NCBI GenBank assembly: GCA_964629655.1
Contig: CAZVQU010000001.1
Location: forward strand, 484,056 to 548,055
Origin: an uncultured Planctomycetia bacterium
GTDB lineage: Bacteria; Omnitrophota; Gorgyraeia; Duberdicusellales; 4484-171
Direction of reading: 5' to 3'
DNA length: 64,000 bases
In this document: positions 46,144 to 57,295 of the stretch, piece after piece
Layout of the letters: every line of letters begins with the position of its first letter
How positions within the stretch are numbered: the first letter of the stretch is position 1
The notes under the pieces: generated by a model
Database searches by the model: none
What the model was told of the DNA's origin: nothing
The model's input: the letters and a program-made list of their open reading frames with translations, nothing else
Program-made: the position numbers and the translations under genes

Positions 46144-47916
46144 TTATTCTCTAAACGGTTCGTATTTAACGCCTGACCACTCCATATCTAAGTGGCCGGA
46201 AAACTCTAACATATTAAGCCGGATGCCATGAACAATCACAGCCATCAAAGCTAAAAGTATATTTAAAGCATGGCCTAAGAAGAGTATCAAAGCTGCCATT
46301 ACTCCTGAAAATATACTGTTGATACCTGAGGCTAAAGCCATACTATTGAAAGCCATGGCTACCGCCACCGTAGCATAACCAACAGCAAATAATCTTAGAT
46401 AAGACACCACATCTGAAAAAGAACTAATAACCTTCAAAGGCAAATCAGCTAATGAGAGCAAAGCGCCTTTAAATATACTCTTATTAGGGTAGGAAAACAG
46501 AATAACTAAACCGGAACCGAGAATAAAGAGCGGCAAGGTGGCAGCCGGAACTTCTTTGTCCAAAACCAACTTACCGGCAACAAAAAATACGCTCCAGATA
46601 ATTGATATCCAGCCTAGCTGAGATAAGGCCAGCCGAGAGTTAATAAAGCGAAAAACTCTTATCCCATGGGCTATAGTCAGATGAATTGCCCCGATAAAGA
46701 AGCATAAGTATATCATAAAAATCTGGTTAGAACCAACAAAGCTATTTATATTACTTATTACTAAGGAATTCAAAAAAGGCAGCTGAGCTATTTTCTCAAA
46801 GCCAAACCAGGTACCGGTAAGCGCCCCCCAGACGACAGTGGCACCACTTAAAAGATAGAGCAAGAAAAAAATATTTTGCTCGGCTCTCTCGAACTTTCTT
46901 TGGACGAAAAAGGTAATTATTAAAAATAATAAACCATAGCCAGCATCGCCGACCAGCATAGCAAAAAATATACTAAAAAAGACAAGAAACCATAAACTTA
47001 TATCATACTCTTTATACCCGGGGATAGTCCCGATAAAATTAAATATTGGTTTTATGATTTCTACCCAGCCAGGATTACGGGTAAGTGTTGGCGCAACTTC
47101 ATCTTCGTCGGGTTCTTGATCAACGGTTGCCCAACCTTGAGCTTTAGCAGCTTTGTTGATTTCAGAAACTGCTTCAGTGGGGCAAAACCCCTGGATACAG
47201 CAGATCTCTCCTTGAGAAGAAACACCGAACCGAACCTTATAAAATTCTATTTTTTTCAGGATCTCTCTTCTATGTTCGATGAATTGCTTTCGGTAGGTGG
47301 CGGCTTTATCTAGTTCTTTTTTAATATCGTCCAGCTCTCTTTGAACAACTGTTACTTTCCGCTGCAGGGAGCGTAAATTTCCTTGGGGAACTTCCACTTC
47401 TTCTAGGCTTAAAGAGTCTTCCTGACTACTTAAAAAAGCTGCTAAATAAAATCTACCTTTATTCTTTCCCAGGGTATAGACCACTCTCTCTTTAGGGAGT
47501 TGCTTTAGGTCCTTTCTGCTTCCAATATAGAGCTTTACGAATACACCGGAGTCTCTTAACTCGGCCAAGGAACGTGACGAAATATTCCCCCACTCTTTAA
47601 ACCAGAGGAGTTTGTCTTGGAAACTCTTAAGCCTGTTTTCGAGCTCACGTTTCTTCCTATTGAGGACAATAACCTCTTTTATATAAAAAGAAATATGGTG
47701 TTTATCCAGGTCTTTACTCTGGATTTTTGAGTCGCTGAGAAGATACAGGGCACGATCCAAGAGTCCTAACTTGTTTTCCCAGGTTGAAATAAGATCAGCT
47801 GCCGGCTCCTTCATGTGCTTAACATGCATGAGGCCTAGCTTCCTCAAATGCCCCAAAGCATTATTTATATGCTTATCGGAAATAAGCAGGGTAATTTTTT
47901 TCATCTTAACTATCAT
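46144..47916 (-). CDS. V-type ATPase subunit I (a-subunit)
   Basis: Soluble N-terminal coiled-coil domain plus a C-terminal multi-TM domain. Operon position between D and K. Confidence 0.8.
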   Translation of the reverse strand: MIVKMKKITLLISDKHINNALGHLRKLGLMHVKHMKEPAADLISTWENKLGLLDRALYLLSDSKIQSKDLDKHHISFYIKEVIVLNRKKRELENRLKSFQDKLLWFKEWGNISSRSLAELRDSGVFVKLYIGSRKDLKQLPKERVVYTLGKNKGRFYLAAFLSSQEDSLSLEEVEVPQGNLRSLQRKVTVVQRELDDIKKELDKAATYRKQFIEHRREILKKIEFYKVRFGVSSQGEICCIQGFCPTEAVSEINKAAKAQGWATVDQEPDEDEVAPTLTRNPGWVEIIKPIFNFIGTIPGYKEYDISLWFLVFFSIFFAMLVGDAGYGLLFLIITFFVQRKFERAEQNIFFLLYLLSGATVVWGALTGTWFGFEKIAQLPFLNSLVISNINSFVGSNQIFMIYLCFFIGAIHLTIAHGIRVFRFINSRLALSQLGWISIIWSVFFVAGKLVLDKEVPAATLPLFILGSGLVILFSYPNKSIFKGALLSLADLPLKVISSFSDVVSYLRLFAVGYATVAVAMAFNSMALASGINSIFSGVMAALILFLGHALNILLALMAVIVHGIRLNMLEFSGHLDMEWSGVKYEPFRE

Positions 47917-48524
47917 ATTCTTGCAGCCTCTTTTCTTCTTTCGATCTTAGCCTTGGCGATTTTTCCTCTTACAACCTCAGCGGTCTGAAGCTCACCCAAA
48001 TGTATCTGTATGACTCGAATAGTTTCCTGAGCCTGAGGTATCTTTACCTTCTCAAATAAATTAACTCTTTGAGTAGAAATTCTCAGCTCTTCTTTCAAGA
48101 TGCCCATCTGCTTATGATATATAAGCAACTTTGCTTTTAAAGTTAACATCTCCTTCTCTATGAAAATAGCTTTATCAACCCAAAGAGGCGTGAGCAGAAA
48201 ATCATAAGATTTCTCAATAAGCTCAACGCTTACAAATACCGGTATGTCTATTCCAGCAACGTTTCCTTGGTCAGTACTTATCCTGCCCGGTTTGCAGAGC
48301 TCTTCTATGGAAACATCTTCAGCAAATACATCAACCCACTTTAAAGCGCTATTTCTTAAATCACCTACTTCGGAAGAAGTAGCTTGGATGGCTTGGTGAA
48401 CTTTTATTATCTCCAGCTGCAGTTGTTTCTTCTTTAGCTGCAGCATCGGCAGATACCGCCGGTATCTCTTAAGATCCTCTTTTTGTTTTTTTAATTCGTT
48501 TTTAGTTAATCTGATTTTAGCCAT
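47913..48524 (-). CDS. V-type ATPase subunit D
   Basis: MAKIRLTKNELKKQKEDLKRYRRYLPMLQLKKKQL. Confidence 0.85.
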   Translation of the reverse strand: MAKIRLTKNELKKQKEDLKRYRRYLPMLQLKKKQLQLEIIKVHQAIQATSSEVGDLRNSALKWVDVFAEDVSIEELCKPGRISTDQGNVAGIDIPVFVSVELIEKSYDFLLTPLWVDKAIFIEKEMLTLKAKLLIYHKQMGILKEELRISTQRVNLFEKVKIPQAQETIRVIQIHLGELQTAEVVRGKIAKAKIERRKEAARI

Positions 48525-49823
48525 TTAAGCTTTCTTGGGCCAGAACTCCTTTATTAAGTCTGTACGGAAGCTGGTCTCATCAGGCGAGAAGCATTCGCTG
48601 AGAATCTTCCAGCCATTATCAAGGGCCTCTTCTAGAGAAACCTTAACTGATAAGTCCATCATCTGAGATTCAAAAAGTTTCCCGTACTTTAACAACTTCT
48701 CATCCCAATTACTCATCCTAAAGCCCATAGCCTTCTTTTCCTGGCTCTCTTTAAATTGAGAATAAAGCTGTATCATTCCGTCCATAATCGCCCGGTGATC
48801 TCTACGAGTCTTATCATTTACCTGTTGTTTAAGACGGCTTAGGGAACCAAAAGGTTCAATCCTTCCGGCCCGTAAGTAAAATTGTCCTTCGGTGATATAA
48901 CCTGTATTATCAGGAACTGGATGAGTAACGTCATCCCCGGGCATGGTGGTCACAGCCAAAATAGTAATCGAACCAGCCCCTTGAAAATCAACTGCCTTCT
49001 CATAACGCTTGGCTAACTGGCTATACAAATCACCGGGATAGCCCCTGTTAGAAGGAACTCTCTCCATGGTTATTGATATCTCCTTTAAGGCATCGGAGAA
49101 GTTGGTCATATCAGTAAGAAGGACTAAAACATCTTTTCCGCCTAAAGCAAACTTCTCAGCCACGGCTAAGCATAAATCCGGCACCATCAATCCTTCGACT
49201 ATCGGGTCAGACGCGGTATTAACAAAAAAGACTGACTTGCTTAATGCTTCTCCTTCCTCAAGCGTATCTTTAAAGAACATATATTGATCATATTTTAGGC
49301 CTATTCCGCCTAAGACAATCGTATCAACTTCAGCCTGAAGAGCTATCCGGGCTAATAGCTCATTGTAGGGCTCACCAGATATAGAGAATATCGGTAACTT
49401 CTGTGAGACTACCAAAGAGTTAAAAACATCTATCATCGGAATGTTAGTTCTGATCATTCTCTCAGGAATAATTCTTTTGGCCGGATTAACTGGCGGCCCG
49501 CTTATCTCAATTAAATTATCAGCTAAGGATGGTCCTTTATCCCGAGGCGCTCCGCTGCCATCAAAAATTCTTCCCAATATATTCTTTGAAAAAGTAACTC
49601 TCATCGGATGGCCTAGGAATCTTACCTCGTCATCGGTAGAGATACCTCTGCTACCAGAAAAAACCTGCAAAGACACAATATCATCCTCTAGCTTAATAAC
49701 CTGAGCTAAGGATTTACCGCGAGAAGTCTTTACCTCGGCCAACTCCTCATAGGCAACGTCTTTGGCCTTTACGGTAATAACATTACCGGCAATGCTAAGT
49801 ATTTTGCTGTGGACCTTCCTCAT
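48525..49823 (-). CDS. V-type ATPase subunit B
   Basis: Non-catalytic alpha/beta-fold nucleotide-binding subunit. Adjacent to A. Confidence 0.9.
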   Translation of the reverse strand: MRKVHSKILSIAGNVITVKAKDVAYEELAEVKTSRGKSLAQVIKLEDDIVSLQVFSGSRGISTDDEVRFLGHPMRVTFSKNILGRIFDGSGAPRDKGPSLADNLIEISGPPVNPAKRIIPERMIRTNIPMIDVFNSLVVSQKLPIFSISGEPYNELLARIALQAEVDTIVLGGIGLKYDQYMFFKDTLEEGEALSKSVFFVNTASDPIVEGLMVPDLCLAVAEKFALGGKDVLVLLTDMTNFSDALKEISITMERVPSNRGYPGDLYSQLAKRYEKAVDFQGAGSITILAVTTMPGDDVTHPVPDNTGYITEGQFYLRAGRIEPFGSLSRLKQQVNDKTRRDHRAIMDGMIQLYSQFKESQEKKAMGFRMSNWDEKLLKYGKLFESQMMDLSVKVSLEEALDNGWKILSECFSPDETSFRTDLIKEFWPKKA

Positions 49824-51562
49824 TGGTTCTCTCCGGTTCGGGTTTGTTTATCAACAAAACCTTCTATCGTCTTTTCCTGACTTTTAAAATCCTGGCTGCC
49901 GAATTCCTTATAATTCCAATCTATGAATAAGTGCCTCAGCTCATAGAAAGTTTTTCGAGCCCTTTCTTTTTGATCAAAACTAAATTCTTTATTCAATATC
50001 TCTGAGACCTTACTGAAAACATACTCTTGCCGTTTAAGATCAGTAGCGGCATCAACCTTATCAAAACCATTTTGCTGCAAATACACACTATCTAGAAACT
50101 CAGCCTTTAAGTAAACTATGAAGTCTTCCATAGAGGTTCCTTCCTCGCCAACAACCTTCATCATTTGATGAACCTCATTACCATTATTTAAAATATCTTT
50201 AGCTCTTGCTACTGCACCGAGATCAATAAAACCCTCATATCGAGACCAGCTGTCAATTGGGTCTATTGAAGGAAAGCAGCGGGCATTAGCTCTATCCCGG
50301 GATAACCCGTGGAAGGCTCCGACGACTTTTAAGGTAGCCTGGGTTACCGGTTCCTCAAAATTTCCTCCAGCCGGGCTTACTGTTCCGCCAATAGTAAGGC
50401 TCCCTTTTTCTCCGTTGCTAAGGCCGACTAGGCCTGAGCGCTCATAGAACTCCGCGATTCGAGATTCTAAGTAGGCTGGGTAGGCTTCTTCTCCGGGAAT
50501 CTCCTCCAGACGACCGGACACTTCCCGCATAGCCTGGGCCCACCGGGAGGTAGAATCAGCCAAGAGTAAGACGTTTAAGCCCATCTGACGATAGTACTCA
50601 CCTAAAGTTGCTCCGGTGTACACTGAAGCATCCCTGGCAGCAACCGGCATTGAAGATGTGTTACAGATAATAATTGTTCTTTCGATTAAAGATTTGCCGG
50701 TTCTTGGATCCGTTAACTCCGGGAATTTTCTCAAGGTTTCAACTACCTCACCGGCTCTTTCACCGCAAGCAGCTATGATTACAATATCTATCTCGGCATA
50801 GCGGCTGGTAAGTTGTTGCAGGACTGTCTTGCCGGCACCGAAAGGGCCGGGAATGCAATAAGTTCCACCCTTAGCCACTGAGAAAAAAGTATCAATAATG
50901 CGGACCTTGGTAATCAATGGCTCCTGGGGAGTAAATTTTTCTTTATAAACACCTATGGGAACTTTTATCGGCCATTCGAAAACCATGGTTAATTCTATAA
51001 CCTCTGCCTTCTGGTTTTTAATTTCAACGATTTTATCTTTAACGGTATATTTGCCCTTAGCGACGATATCTTTAACAACAAAATCTCCCTCTAAGTTAAA
51101 AGGCACCATAATGTAGTGCTTGAATATCCCTTCTGTGACAAAACCTAACCGAGCACCTTTTGTTACCTTGGTTTTAGCTTTAACTAGAGGAGTAAATTCC
51201 CACTTTTTCTTCTCATTAAGAGGCTCAAGATGAACGCCACGGGGTAGAAAGAAATCAAATTTTTCAGCTAGCTGAGGAAGGGGGTTTTGCAAACCGTCAT
51301 ATACCTGGCCTAAGAGGCCCGGCCCTAGCTTTACTGAGAGCATCTCTGAAGAAAACGCTACCTCATCTCCGATTTTTATACCTTTGGTGTCTTCAAAGAC
51401 TTGCATGTAGGCAATGTTTGTGCTTATCCTAATAACTTCGGCCATTAAGCGTTCTCCGCCGGTGAGAACATAGCCGACTTCGTTTTGGATAATATCGCCA
51501 TCAAAAGCAACAGTTATCATGTTCCCCTGTACTGATGTAATCTGGCCCTTGTTTTTACTCAT
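49820..51562 (-). CDS. V-type ATPase catalytic subunit A
   Basis: P-loop GPFGAGKTV and the non-homologous insertion region typical of A subunits. Confidence 0.9.
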   Translation of the reverse strand: MSKNKGQITSVQGNMITVAFDGDIIQNEVGYVLTGGERLMAEVIRISTNIAYMQVFEDTKGIKIGDEVAFSSEMLSVKLGPGLLGQVYDGLQNPLPQLAEKFDFFLPRGVHLEPLNEKKKWEFTPLVKAKTKVTKGARLGFVTEGIFKHYIMVPFNLEGDFVVKDIVAKGKYTVKDKIVEIKNQKAEVIELTMVFEWPIKVPIGVYKEKFTPQEPLITKVRIIDTFFSVAKGGTYCIPGPFGAGKTVLQQLTSRYAEIDIVIIAACGERAGEVVETLRKFPELTDPRTGKSLIERTIIICNTSSMPVAARDASVYTGATLGEYYRQMGLNVLLLADSTSRWAQAMREVSGRLEEIPGEEAYPAYLESRIAEFYERSGLVGLSNGEKGSLTIGGTVSPAGGNFEEPVTQATLKVVGAFHGLSRDRANARCFPSIDPIDSWSRYEGFIDLGAVARAKDILNNGNEVHQMMKVVGEEGTSMEDFIVYLKAEFLDSVYLQQNGFDKVDAATDLKRQEYVFSKVSEILNKEFSFDQKERARKTFYELRHLFIDWNYKEFGSQDFKSQEKTIEGFVDKQTRTGENQ

Positions 51563-52050
51563 CCGGCTACCTCACACAACTTATCAAAAACGACCGTACC
51601 TTTGTCTCTATCGAAAGTAAATAGCCTTTCTAATACTTGCAGCTTTAAGAAGTGAAGAATCAAAATCTCTAAGTCAAAAAAGTGTCCTCCTTCTAAAGAT
51701 TCGATGAACTCCCAACGCAGGTGCAAAAGTGCCTTCTCTATTTCTAAGGGTGTGCCTTGGTTTAAGTTTAAATCAAAAGAACTTCCTATGCGGCTCTCAT
51801 TCCTGCGAAATCGAGAGATCTCCTCTCTCAAAGCCCTCTCGAAATTTTTATAGTTAGCTAAAACCTCACTGTCCCCATCTCTGGGATAAAAATCATTGAG
51901 GCTAACGCCAGACACGCTCGAGAAATCTTTATCCGACAACCACTTTTTAGCCTCACCTAAAAAACCTTCTTTATCAATGTAGCTTTCTTGCCCAAAAGTT
52001 AAAAAGGGAAGTTGGGATACGAAATAATAATACTTATCCATTGTTTGCAT
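51559..52050 (-). CDS. DUF2764-like protein of V-ATPase operons
   Basis: Operon position between E and A, as in Bacteroidetes/Chlamydiae-type operons. 163 aa. No other signature. Confidence 0.4.
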   Translation of the reverse strand: MQTMDKYYYFVSQLPFLTFGQESYIDKEGFLGEAKKWLSDKDFSSVSGVSLNDFYPRDGDSEVLANYKNFERALREEISRFRRNESRIGSSFDLNLNQGTPLEIEKALLHLRWEFIESLEGGHFFDLEILILHFLKLQVLERLFTFDRDKGTVVFDKLCEVAG

Positions 52051-52642
52051 CTAGGATTGCCGAAAGGGAGGGATTCAAGAATTCTTTCAAAGCCTCTAAA
52101 ATACTCTGGTCGGTAAAGTCGTAATGAAGGTCTTCTCCTTTTATGCCAATACGAAACCCTTTATCTATTGCCTTACTCACCTTTACCTCTATTGTTGCCT
52201 TAGCTTGGCTTTTCAAAGAAGCTATAAGTAGCTTGGTTATCTTTTCTTGCTCGGCCTTACTTACTAACACTTCCCACGATGCACTATTGCTTAAGGGCCA
52301 CTTATCTACTATCTTAGTAATTAACCCTACCATAAACTCGGGGCTTAAAGCTTCCCCGCATTTTTGCTTTAAGATTCGGCCGAACAAAGCAATTAGTTCT
52401 TCCTTCAAGGTCAACACTAAATCCCGGGATGCTTGCTTAAGGGAATCTTGGGAATTGGATTTTAACTTGGCAGCTGAAGCTTTTGCTCTCTCTTCTATTT
52501 TTTTAGCCGAGTCTTTAGCTTCTTTGACAATGGTTTCAGCCTCGGTCTTAGCTTTTTTAATGATCTCTTTAGAGGCTTTCTTAGCCTCGTCTATGCCATC
52601 CTGTTTGATTTTAGCGATTAAACTCTCTAATGTTACATCCAT
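52034..52642 (-). CDS. V-type ATPase subunit E
   Basis: N-terminal long Lys/Glu/Ala-rich helix and a C-terminal globular part. First gene of the operon. Confidence 0.6.
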   Translation of the reverse strand: MDVTLESLIAKIKQDGIDEAKKASKEIIKKAKTEAETIVKEAKDSAKKIEERAKASAAKLKSNSQDSLKQASRDLVLTLKEELIALFGRILKQKCGEALSPEFMVGLITKIVDKWPLSNSASWEVLVSKAEQEKITKLLIASLKSQAKATIEVKVSKAIDKGFRIGIKGEDLHYDFTDQSILEALKEFLNPSLSAILDANNG

Positions 52643-52686
52643 TTACCTATTCTCCTTCCAACAGAGCCTTTAGAAAAAGTATTCTA

Positions 52687-52714
52687 ATTATATAACTTAC
52701 CCGGAAAAAAGCAA
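52687..52714 (-). promoter_or_regulatory. Promoter of the V-ATPase operon (-35 TTGCTT, 16 nt, -10 TATAAT) with an upstream A-tract
   Basis: Minus strand aaaaaaaaTTGCTTttttccgggtaagttaTATAAT. GGAG SD before the subunit E ATG. Confidence 0.4.
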
Positions 52715-52726
52715 TTTTTTTTATCT

Positions 52727-53398
52727 TTATCCCTTTAGAATGTCTTCGGCGGCCTTTAGGTAGTCGCTTTTCCCAATAATTGGTCTGCCAACAACTATAT
52801 AATCAGCACCATTATCAAAAGCTACAGAAGCGGTAGCAACCCTTCTTTGGTCTCCCTTTGCATCTTGGGGGTTGCGGATACCAGGAGTAACTACTTTAAG
52901 CCCAGGGAAATCCTTTTTTATCTCTTTAACCTCATTAGCCGAGGAGATTACCCCTCCTAAGCCTAGGCGCTCAGCAAGTTTAACTAGATTATTAATCTCA
53001 TCTTTACTAGCTTGGGAACTAGTAAGCACACTAACTCCTAAAATCAATGGTTCAGGCTCACCCAACTTCTTGGCCGTATCTGCGACTGCTGCCTTTACTG
53101 CTGTGAGAGCTTGGTTTCCGGAGTGTAAGTGCACAGTAAAAGCCCAACACCCTAGCTCGGTAATAACCGAGGATGCCTTAGCCATAGTATTAGGGATATC
53201 ATATAGCTTTAGATCTAGAAAGATATCTATGTCTTGACTGATAAATCCTCTTACAAAGTCTGGCCCAAACTTAGTGAAAGCAATTGAGCCAATTTTAAAT
53301 TTAACTCCCTTAGGTGCGAGCACATCAACTACCCTTTCAATTTCACTTTTCTCCTCTAAGTCCAAAGCAACAATTAGTTTTTCCCAATTATTATTCAA
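52727..53398 (-). CDS. pyrF: Orotidine 5'-phosphate decarboxylase
   Basis: LIVALDLEE...KFKIG and a catalytic DxK-type region. Confidence 0.85.
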   Translation of the reverse strand: MNNNWEKLIVALDLEEKSEIERVVDVLAPKGVKFKIGSIAFTKFGPDFVRGFISQDIDIFLDLKLYDIPNTMAKASSVITELGCWAFTVHLHSGNQALTAVKAAVADTAKKLGEPEPLILGVSVLTSSQASKDEINNLVKLAERLGLGGVISSANEVKEIKKDFPGLKVVTPGIRNPQDAKGDQRRVATASVAFDNGADYIVVGRPIIGKSDYLKAAEDILKG

Positions 53399-54302
53399 TC
53401 AGGCCTCCTCGTAACTTTCCTATATCACTCACTTTATTTTTCCTCATATACTTCTTTACCCCCGATAAAACACCTTCAGCACTATTAGGATTAACTAAAT
53501 TTATAGTTCCTAAACTAACTGCGCTGGCTCCGGCTAAGATGAATTCAACCGCATCAGAAGCACTCTCTATCCCCCCGCCGCCAATTATCGGAATCTTAAC
53601 TTCCTTGGCCACCTTCCAGACCCGATAAAGACTCATTGGTTTAATTGCCTTCCCGGAATAACCCCCGTAAACATTGCCTAAGTAAGGCCTTCTAGTCTCG
53701 GTGTTTATTCGAAGTGAGAAGAATGTATTAACTAAAGATATCCCGTCAGCCCCGCCTCTTTTTACTGCTTTTGCAATTTTGACAATATCGCTTACCTCAG
53801 GGGTAATTTTTATAAATAGAGGTTTTTTAGTCACCTTCCTTAAAGCCTTGGTCAAACTATAAGTTGCCTTAGCATCCTGGGAGATTAGTTTTTTCAGCCT
53901 TAAGTTAGGACAGGACAGATTAATCTCTAAACCATCTACTCCTTTTTCTTTTGATAAAGCCTTTGCAACTTGGCTGTACTCCTGATTAGAAAAACCGCCG
54001 ACGCTGACAATGCACTTGCTATTTAATTTTCGAATCTCTGGTAATTTTTCGCCTATAAAGACCTTTAACCCCGGATTTTCCAAGCCTACCGAGTTCATCA
54101 CCCCGCATTCACTCTCGTAGATTCTTGGCGGCCGATTTCCAGCCCGCGGTTTTAAGGTTATGGTCTTGGTAGTAATAGCTCCAATGGCTTTGAGGTTGGC
54201 CAAGTCTTTTAGCTCATCGCCATAGCCAAATGTACCGGAAGCAGAAATGATCGGAACATCCAGCTTAAGTTTACCTAATTTTACCTTTAGATTAGTCTTC
54301 AT
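53391..54302 (-). CDS. pyrD: Dihydroorotate dehydrogenase catalytic subunit (class 1B)
   Basis: NLSCPN and GG(G)(I) motifs. Pairs with pyrK nearby. Confidence 0.85.
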   Translation of the reverse strand: MKTNLKVKLGKLKLDVPIISASGTFGYGDELKDLANLKAIGAITTKTITLKPRAGNRPPRIYESECGVMNSVGLENPGLKVFIGEKLPEIRKLNSKCIVSVGGFSNQEYSQVAKALSKEKGVDGLEINLSCPNLRLKKLISQDAKATYSLTKALRKVTKKPLFIKITPEVSDIVKIAKAVKRGGADGISLVNTFFSLRINTETRRPYLGNVYGGYSGKAIKPMSLYRVWKVAKEVKIPIIGGGGIESASDAVEFILAGASAVSLGTINLVNPNSAEGVLSGVKKYMRKNKVSDIGKLRGGLIE

Positions 54303-54655
54303 TTTCCTAAAATCATATTTATCGATATTAAAAGTAAAAATATTCCAAAGACCTTCTTTAATATCAGCGCTGGCACCTTGTGAACAAAAATTGCTCCAAT
54401 CAATCCTCCGACTAAAAACCCTATGCAGATAAAAGCAGCCATGTTCAGCTTAACATTACCCTCGGTATAATACTTCCAGGCAGCTAAAAGGCCAATTGGC
54501 GGAATCATTATTGCTAGAGTTGTACCTTGAGCCTGATGTTGGCTAAGGCCAAAAATATATACCAGTATTGGAATTAATACTGAGCCTCCACCGATTCCAA
54601 GAAAACCGCTGGCAACTCCTGCCATTAGCCCTAAAGCTATATATGTATACCACAT
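54299..54655 (-). CDS. TSUP (TauE/SafE) family half-size membrane protein
   Basis: GIGGGSVLIPILV motif and 4 TM helices. 118 aa. Confidence 0.55.
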   Translation of the reverse strand: MWYTYIALGLMAGVASGFLGIGGGSVLIPILVYIFGLSQHQAQGTTLAIMIPPIGLLAAWKYYTEGNVKLNMAAFICIGFLVGGLIGAIFVHKVPALILKKVFGIFLLLISINMILGK

Positions 54656-54671
54656 ATCTACCTTCTCCCTT

Positions 54672-55457
54672 TTACCAAATATCTTTTATGTCAAATACCG
54701 GACCATCCTTACATACTTTTCTATAACCGTCTTTGGTTTCAATGGTGCATCCGCAACACGCTCCCAGGCCACAGCCCATAAACTGTTCGAAGGAAACCTG
54801 ACAGTTTACATTCTTATTCTTACCGATAACTTTCCTTATTCCTTTGAACATAGCCTCCGGGCCACAGGTGTATATGTTTATTTTATCACTCTTATTAAAC
54901 TTTTTCGAAAGACTTTTTAAAATATCTACTGCGGTTCCTTTCTCACCCATTGACCCATCTTCAGTAGCGAGATAAACCTTACAGCCTCTCCTCTTAAACT
55001 GATCTACCCCTATACTATCCTGCTTATTCTTTGCCCCTAAGATAACTAGCGGTTTAGGTTTTTTTAGTTTATCAGCAAGGAATACCAACGGGGCAACGCC
55101 TAGTCCTCCGGCAAGAAGAATATTCTCATCAGCCCTGCCGTTTAAACGAAACCCTTCCCCCAGGGGACCGATAATACTTAGCTTGTCCCCGGCCTTGTAT
55201 CCGGACAAAATCTTGGTTCCTCTTCCCCGAATTCTAAAGAGGACGAACACGGTTTTGCCCCTAAGACAATGGATACTAAACGGTCTCCGGAGAATAGTTT
55301 TAATTATTTTAATATGCAGGAATTGTCCGGGCTGAGATTTCTTTGAAATATAGGCAGAATCAAAGCTTAAAAGAAAGACATCGGGCTTGATTTTATTGAG
55401 TTTTTTGACCCTTACGGTAAGTTCTTTAGGGGTATGAACCTTCATCATGCTTCCCAT
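54672..55457 (-). CDS. pyrK: Dihydroorotate dehydrogenase electron-transfer subunit
   Basis: FAD/NAD-binding ferredoxin-reductase fold (RPFS) and a C-terminal 2Fe-2S Cys cluster CGLGACCGC. Confidence 0.8.
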   Translation of the reverse strand: MGSMMKVHTPKELTVRVKKLNKIKPDVFLLSFDSAYISKKSQPGQFLHIKIIKTILRRPFSIHCLRGKTVFVLFRIRGRGTKILSGYKAGDKLSIIGPLGEGFRLNGRADENILLAGGLGVAPLVFLADKLKKPKPLVILGAKNKQDSIGVDQFKRRGCKVYLATEDGSMGEKGTAVDILKSLSKKFNKSDKINIYTCGPEAMFKGIRKVIGKNKNVNCQVSFEQFMGCGLGACCGCTIETKDGYRKVCKDGPVFDIKDIW

Positions 55458-55468
55458 ATTATAGCAGA

Positions 55469-57295
55469 TTATTTTAGTTTAACAATGGGGGAAAATCGAG
55501 GTTTTATGGTTGCCAAAAGACCCTTCACAGAGTTGCCAATATAGACTTTATCAGCACTCCTAAGGTCTTTTAGGTAGAGTATTTTCTCTTTTACTTTTCC
55601 TTCCTTTATGAGATGTTCCCTTAAGACTCCCGGCAAAAGACCGCTTCCAATCGGTGGGGTATAGAATTTTTTATTCTTAAGGATAAAAAGATTAGCTATG
55701 GCCCCCTCAGTGAGTTCTCCTCTTTCATTTAAAAAGATGGTTTCAAAATACCCTTTAGCTAATCCTTTTTTTCTTTCCTTATCATAAAAAGCCCTTTTAG
55801 TTGTTTTATGGTAGAGAAACTTATCTTTAGAGTTTATTCTTCTCTCACTTATTCTTATCTTAATCGGAGCCTTGATCTTTTTTACTGGTTCTTTGGTAAT
55901 GTTAATACTTCCTTGCGAATCTAAAGCTAACCTTACCTTTAAATTCTTCTTTTCACTCAAGATAGATTTTTTTAATTCCTTTTTAATCTCTTTCTCTTTG
56001 TAAGGATAAGAAAAATGCTTAGCTGATTTCTTCAATCTCCTTAAATGTAAATCCAAAAGATAATAGCCTTTACCTTTCTCCCAAAGAATACTCTCAATAA
56101 GGCCTGGCTTTTCTAACCGGTCTTTAAAAAACTTGGCTTTAAGCAGTGCCTCCTCATATTCAGCTTTCGGCTTTGAGTCATAGACTATTCCTCCGCCGAT
56201 TCCCAGCTCTCCTTTATTCTTCTTAATCTGAACCGTTCTTATCGCTACATTAAAGCAACACTTTGCCTTTGGTGAGATATACCCGATTGCTCCGGTATAT
56301 ATTCCCCGAGGTTCTTTCTCTAACTTATTAATTATCTGCATGGTCTTAATCTTTGGTGCTCCGGTCACTGAGCCACAGGGGAAAAGCGAAGAAAATACCT
56401 CTTTTAATGTTAAATTCTTCTTTAGTTTTCCCTCTATGGTTGAAGTCATCTGATAAAGGGTAGGATGTTTTTCAATATTAAAAAGCCTAGGTGCCCGCAC
56501 TAAGCTAGAGACTCTTCCTAGATCATTTCGCAACAGATCGACTATCATCAGATTCTCGGCTCTTACCTTTTTACTCTCTCTTAAATCAGCTTTACTCTGG
56601 GAATCTTCTTCTTCAGTATCTCCTCTTTTAATTGTTCCCTTCATCGGCCGAGCAATGATTTTACTATTATCAATCCTAAAAAATAGCTCCGGGGATAACG
56701 AAAGTATCTTCTCTTCTCGAGTGTTAATCAAAGCTGAATAAGAGGTTGGTTGAGCCTTTCTTAAATCTGAGTACAAACTAACTATATCGCCCTTGAAATC
56801 GAACTTTTCCTTAAAGGTAAAATTAACCTGGTAGCTTAAGCCTTGCTCAAGGTAGCATTTTATTTTTTTTATTTTTCCAGCATACTCTCTTTGACTAATA
56901 TTCGGCCTTATGTTTTTTACTTTGTATGGTGGTTTATCCAAGAGAGAACGGGAACATTTCCGGTTAATCTTTTTCTTATTGCTTATCTCTTTGGGCTTTT
57001 TACAAACCCCGACCCAAGCTAAAGGAGTTTTTCCCTTTAGCCTTAGGCTCCGGTGCGCTCCTTCTAAGAAATACCCAAATTCATAAGAGAAATAACCGGC
57101 AAGCCAATAACCTCTTTTAGAGTACCCTTCTAATTTCCTAAAAAATAGATCTAAACTATCCCCGGGCTTGAAAGTAACGATGTCTTTAAAGTTGGAAAAT
57201 ATAAAAGAAAACCTATCTTCCTGAGTTCTGGATAGGGTCTCAAGAAATATAAAGGGCGGTTTTAAATTATGAAGGTAATTAAGTGGATAGCTCAT
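55469..57295 (-). CDS. Bifunctional aminodeoxychorismate synthase component I / aminodeoxychorismate lyase (PabB-PabC fusion)
   Basis: Chorismate-binding domain (PMKGT.KRG, LMIVDLLRNDL, SVTGAPK-type motifs) fused to a class IV aminotransferase-like C-terminal domain. The internal ATG (MSYPLNY..., ~57295) is preferred because the tracked ORF overlaps mutM by 73 nt. Confidence 0.7.
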   Translation of the reverse strand: MSYPLNYLHNLKPPFIFLETLSRTQEDRFSFIFSNFKDIVTFKPGDSLDLFFRKLEGYSKRGYWLAGYFSYEFGYFLEGAHRSLRLKGKTPLAWVGVCKKPKEISNKKKINRKCSRSLLDKPPYKVKNIRPNISQREYAGKIKKIKCYLEQGLSYQVNFTFKEKFDFKGDIVSLYSDLRKAQPTSYSALINTREEKILSLSPELFFRIDNSKIIARPMKGTIKRGDTEEEDSQSKADLRESKKVRAENLMIVDLLRNDLGRVSSLVRAPRLFNIEKHPTLYQMTSTIEGKLKKNLTLKEVFSSLFPCGSVTGAPKIKTMQIINKLEKEPRGIYTGAIGYISPKAKCCFNVAIRTVQIKKNKGELGIGGGIVYDSKPKAEYEEALLKAKFFKDRLEKPGLIESILWEKGKGYYLLDLHLRRLKKSAKHFSYPYKEKEIKKELKKSILSEKKNLKVRLALDSQGSINITKEPVKKIKAPIKIRISERRINSKDKFLYHKTTKRAFYDKERKKGLAKGYFETIFLNERGELTEGAIANLFILKNKKFYTPPIGSGLLPGVLREHLIKEGKVKEKILYLKDLRSADKVYIGNSVKGLLATIKPRFSPIVKLK

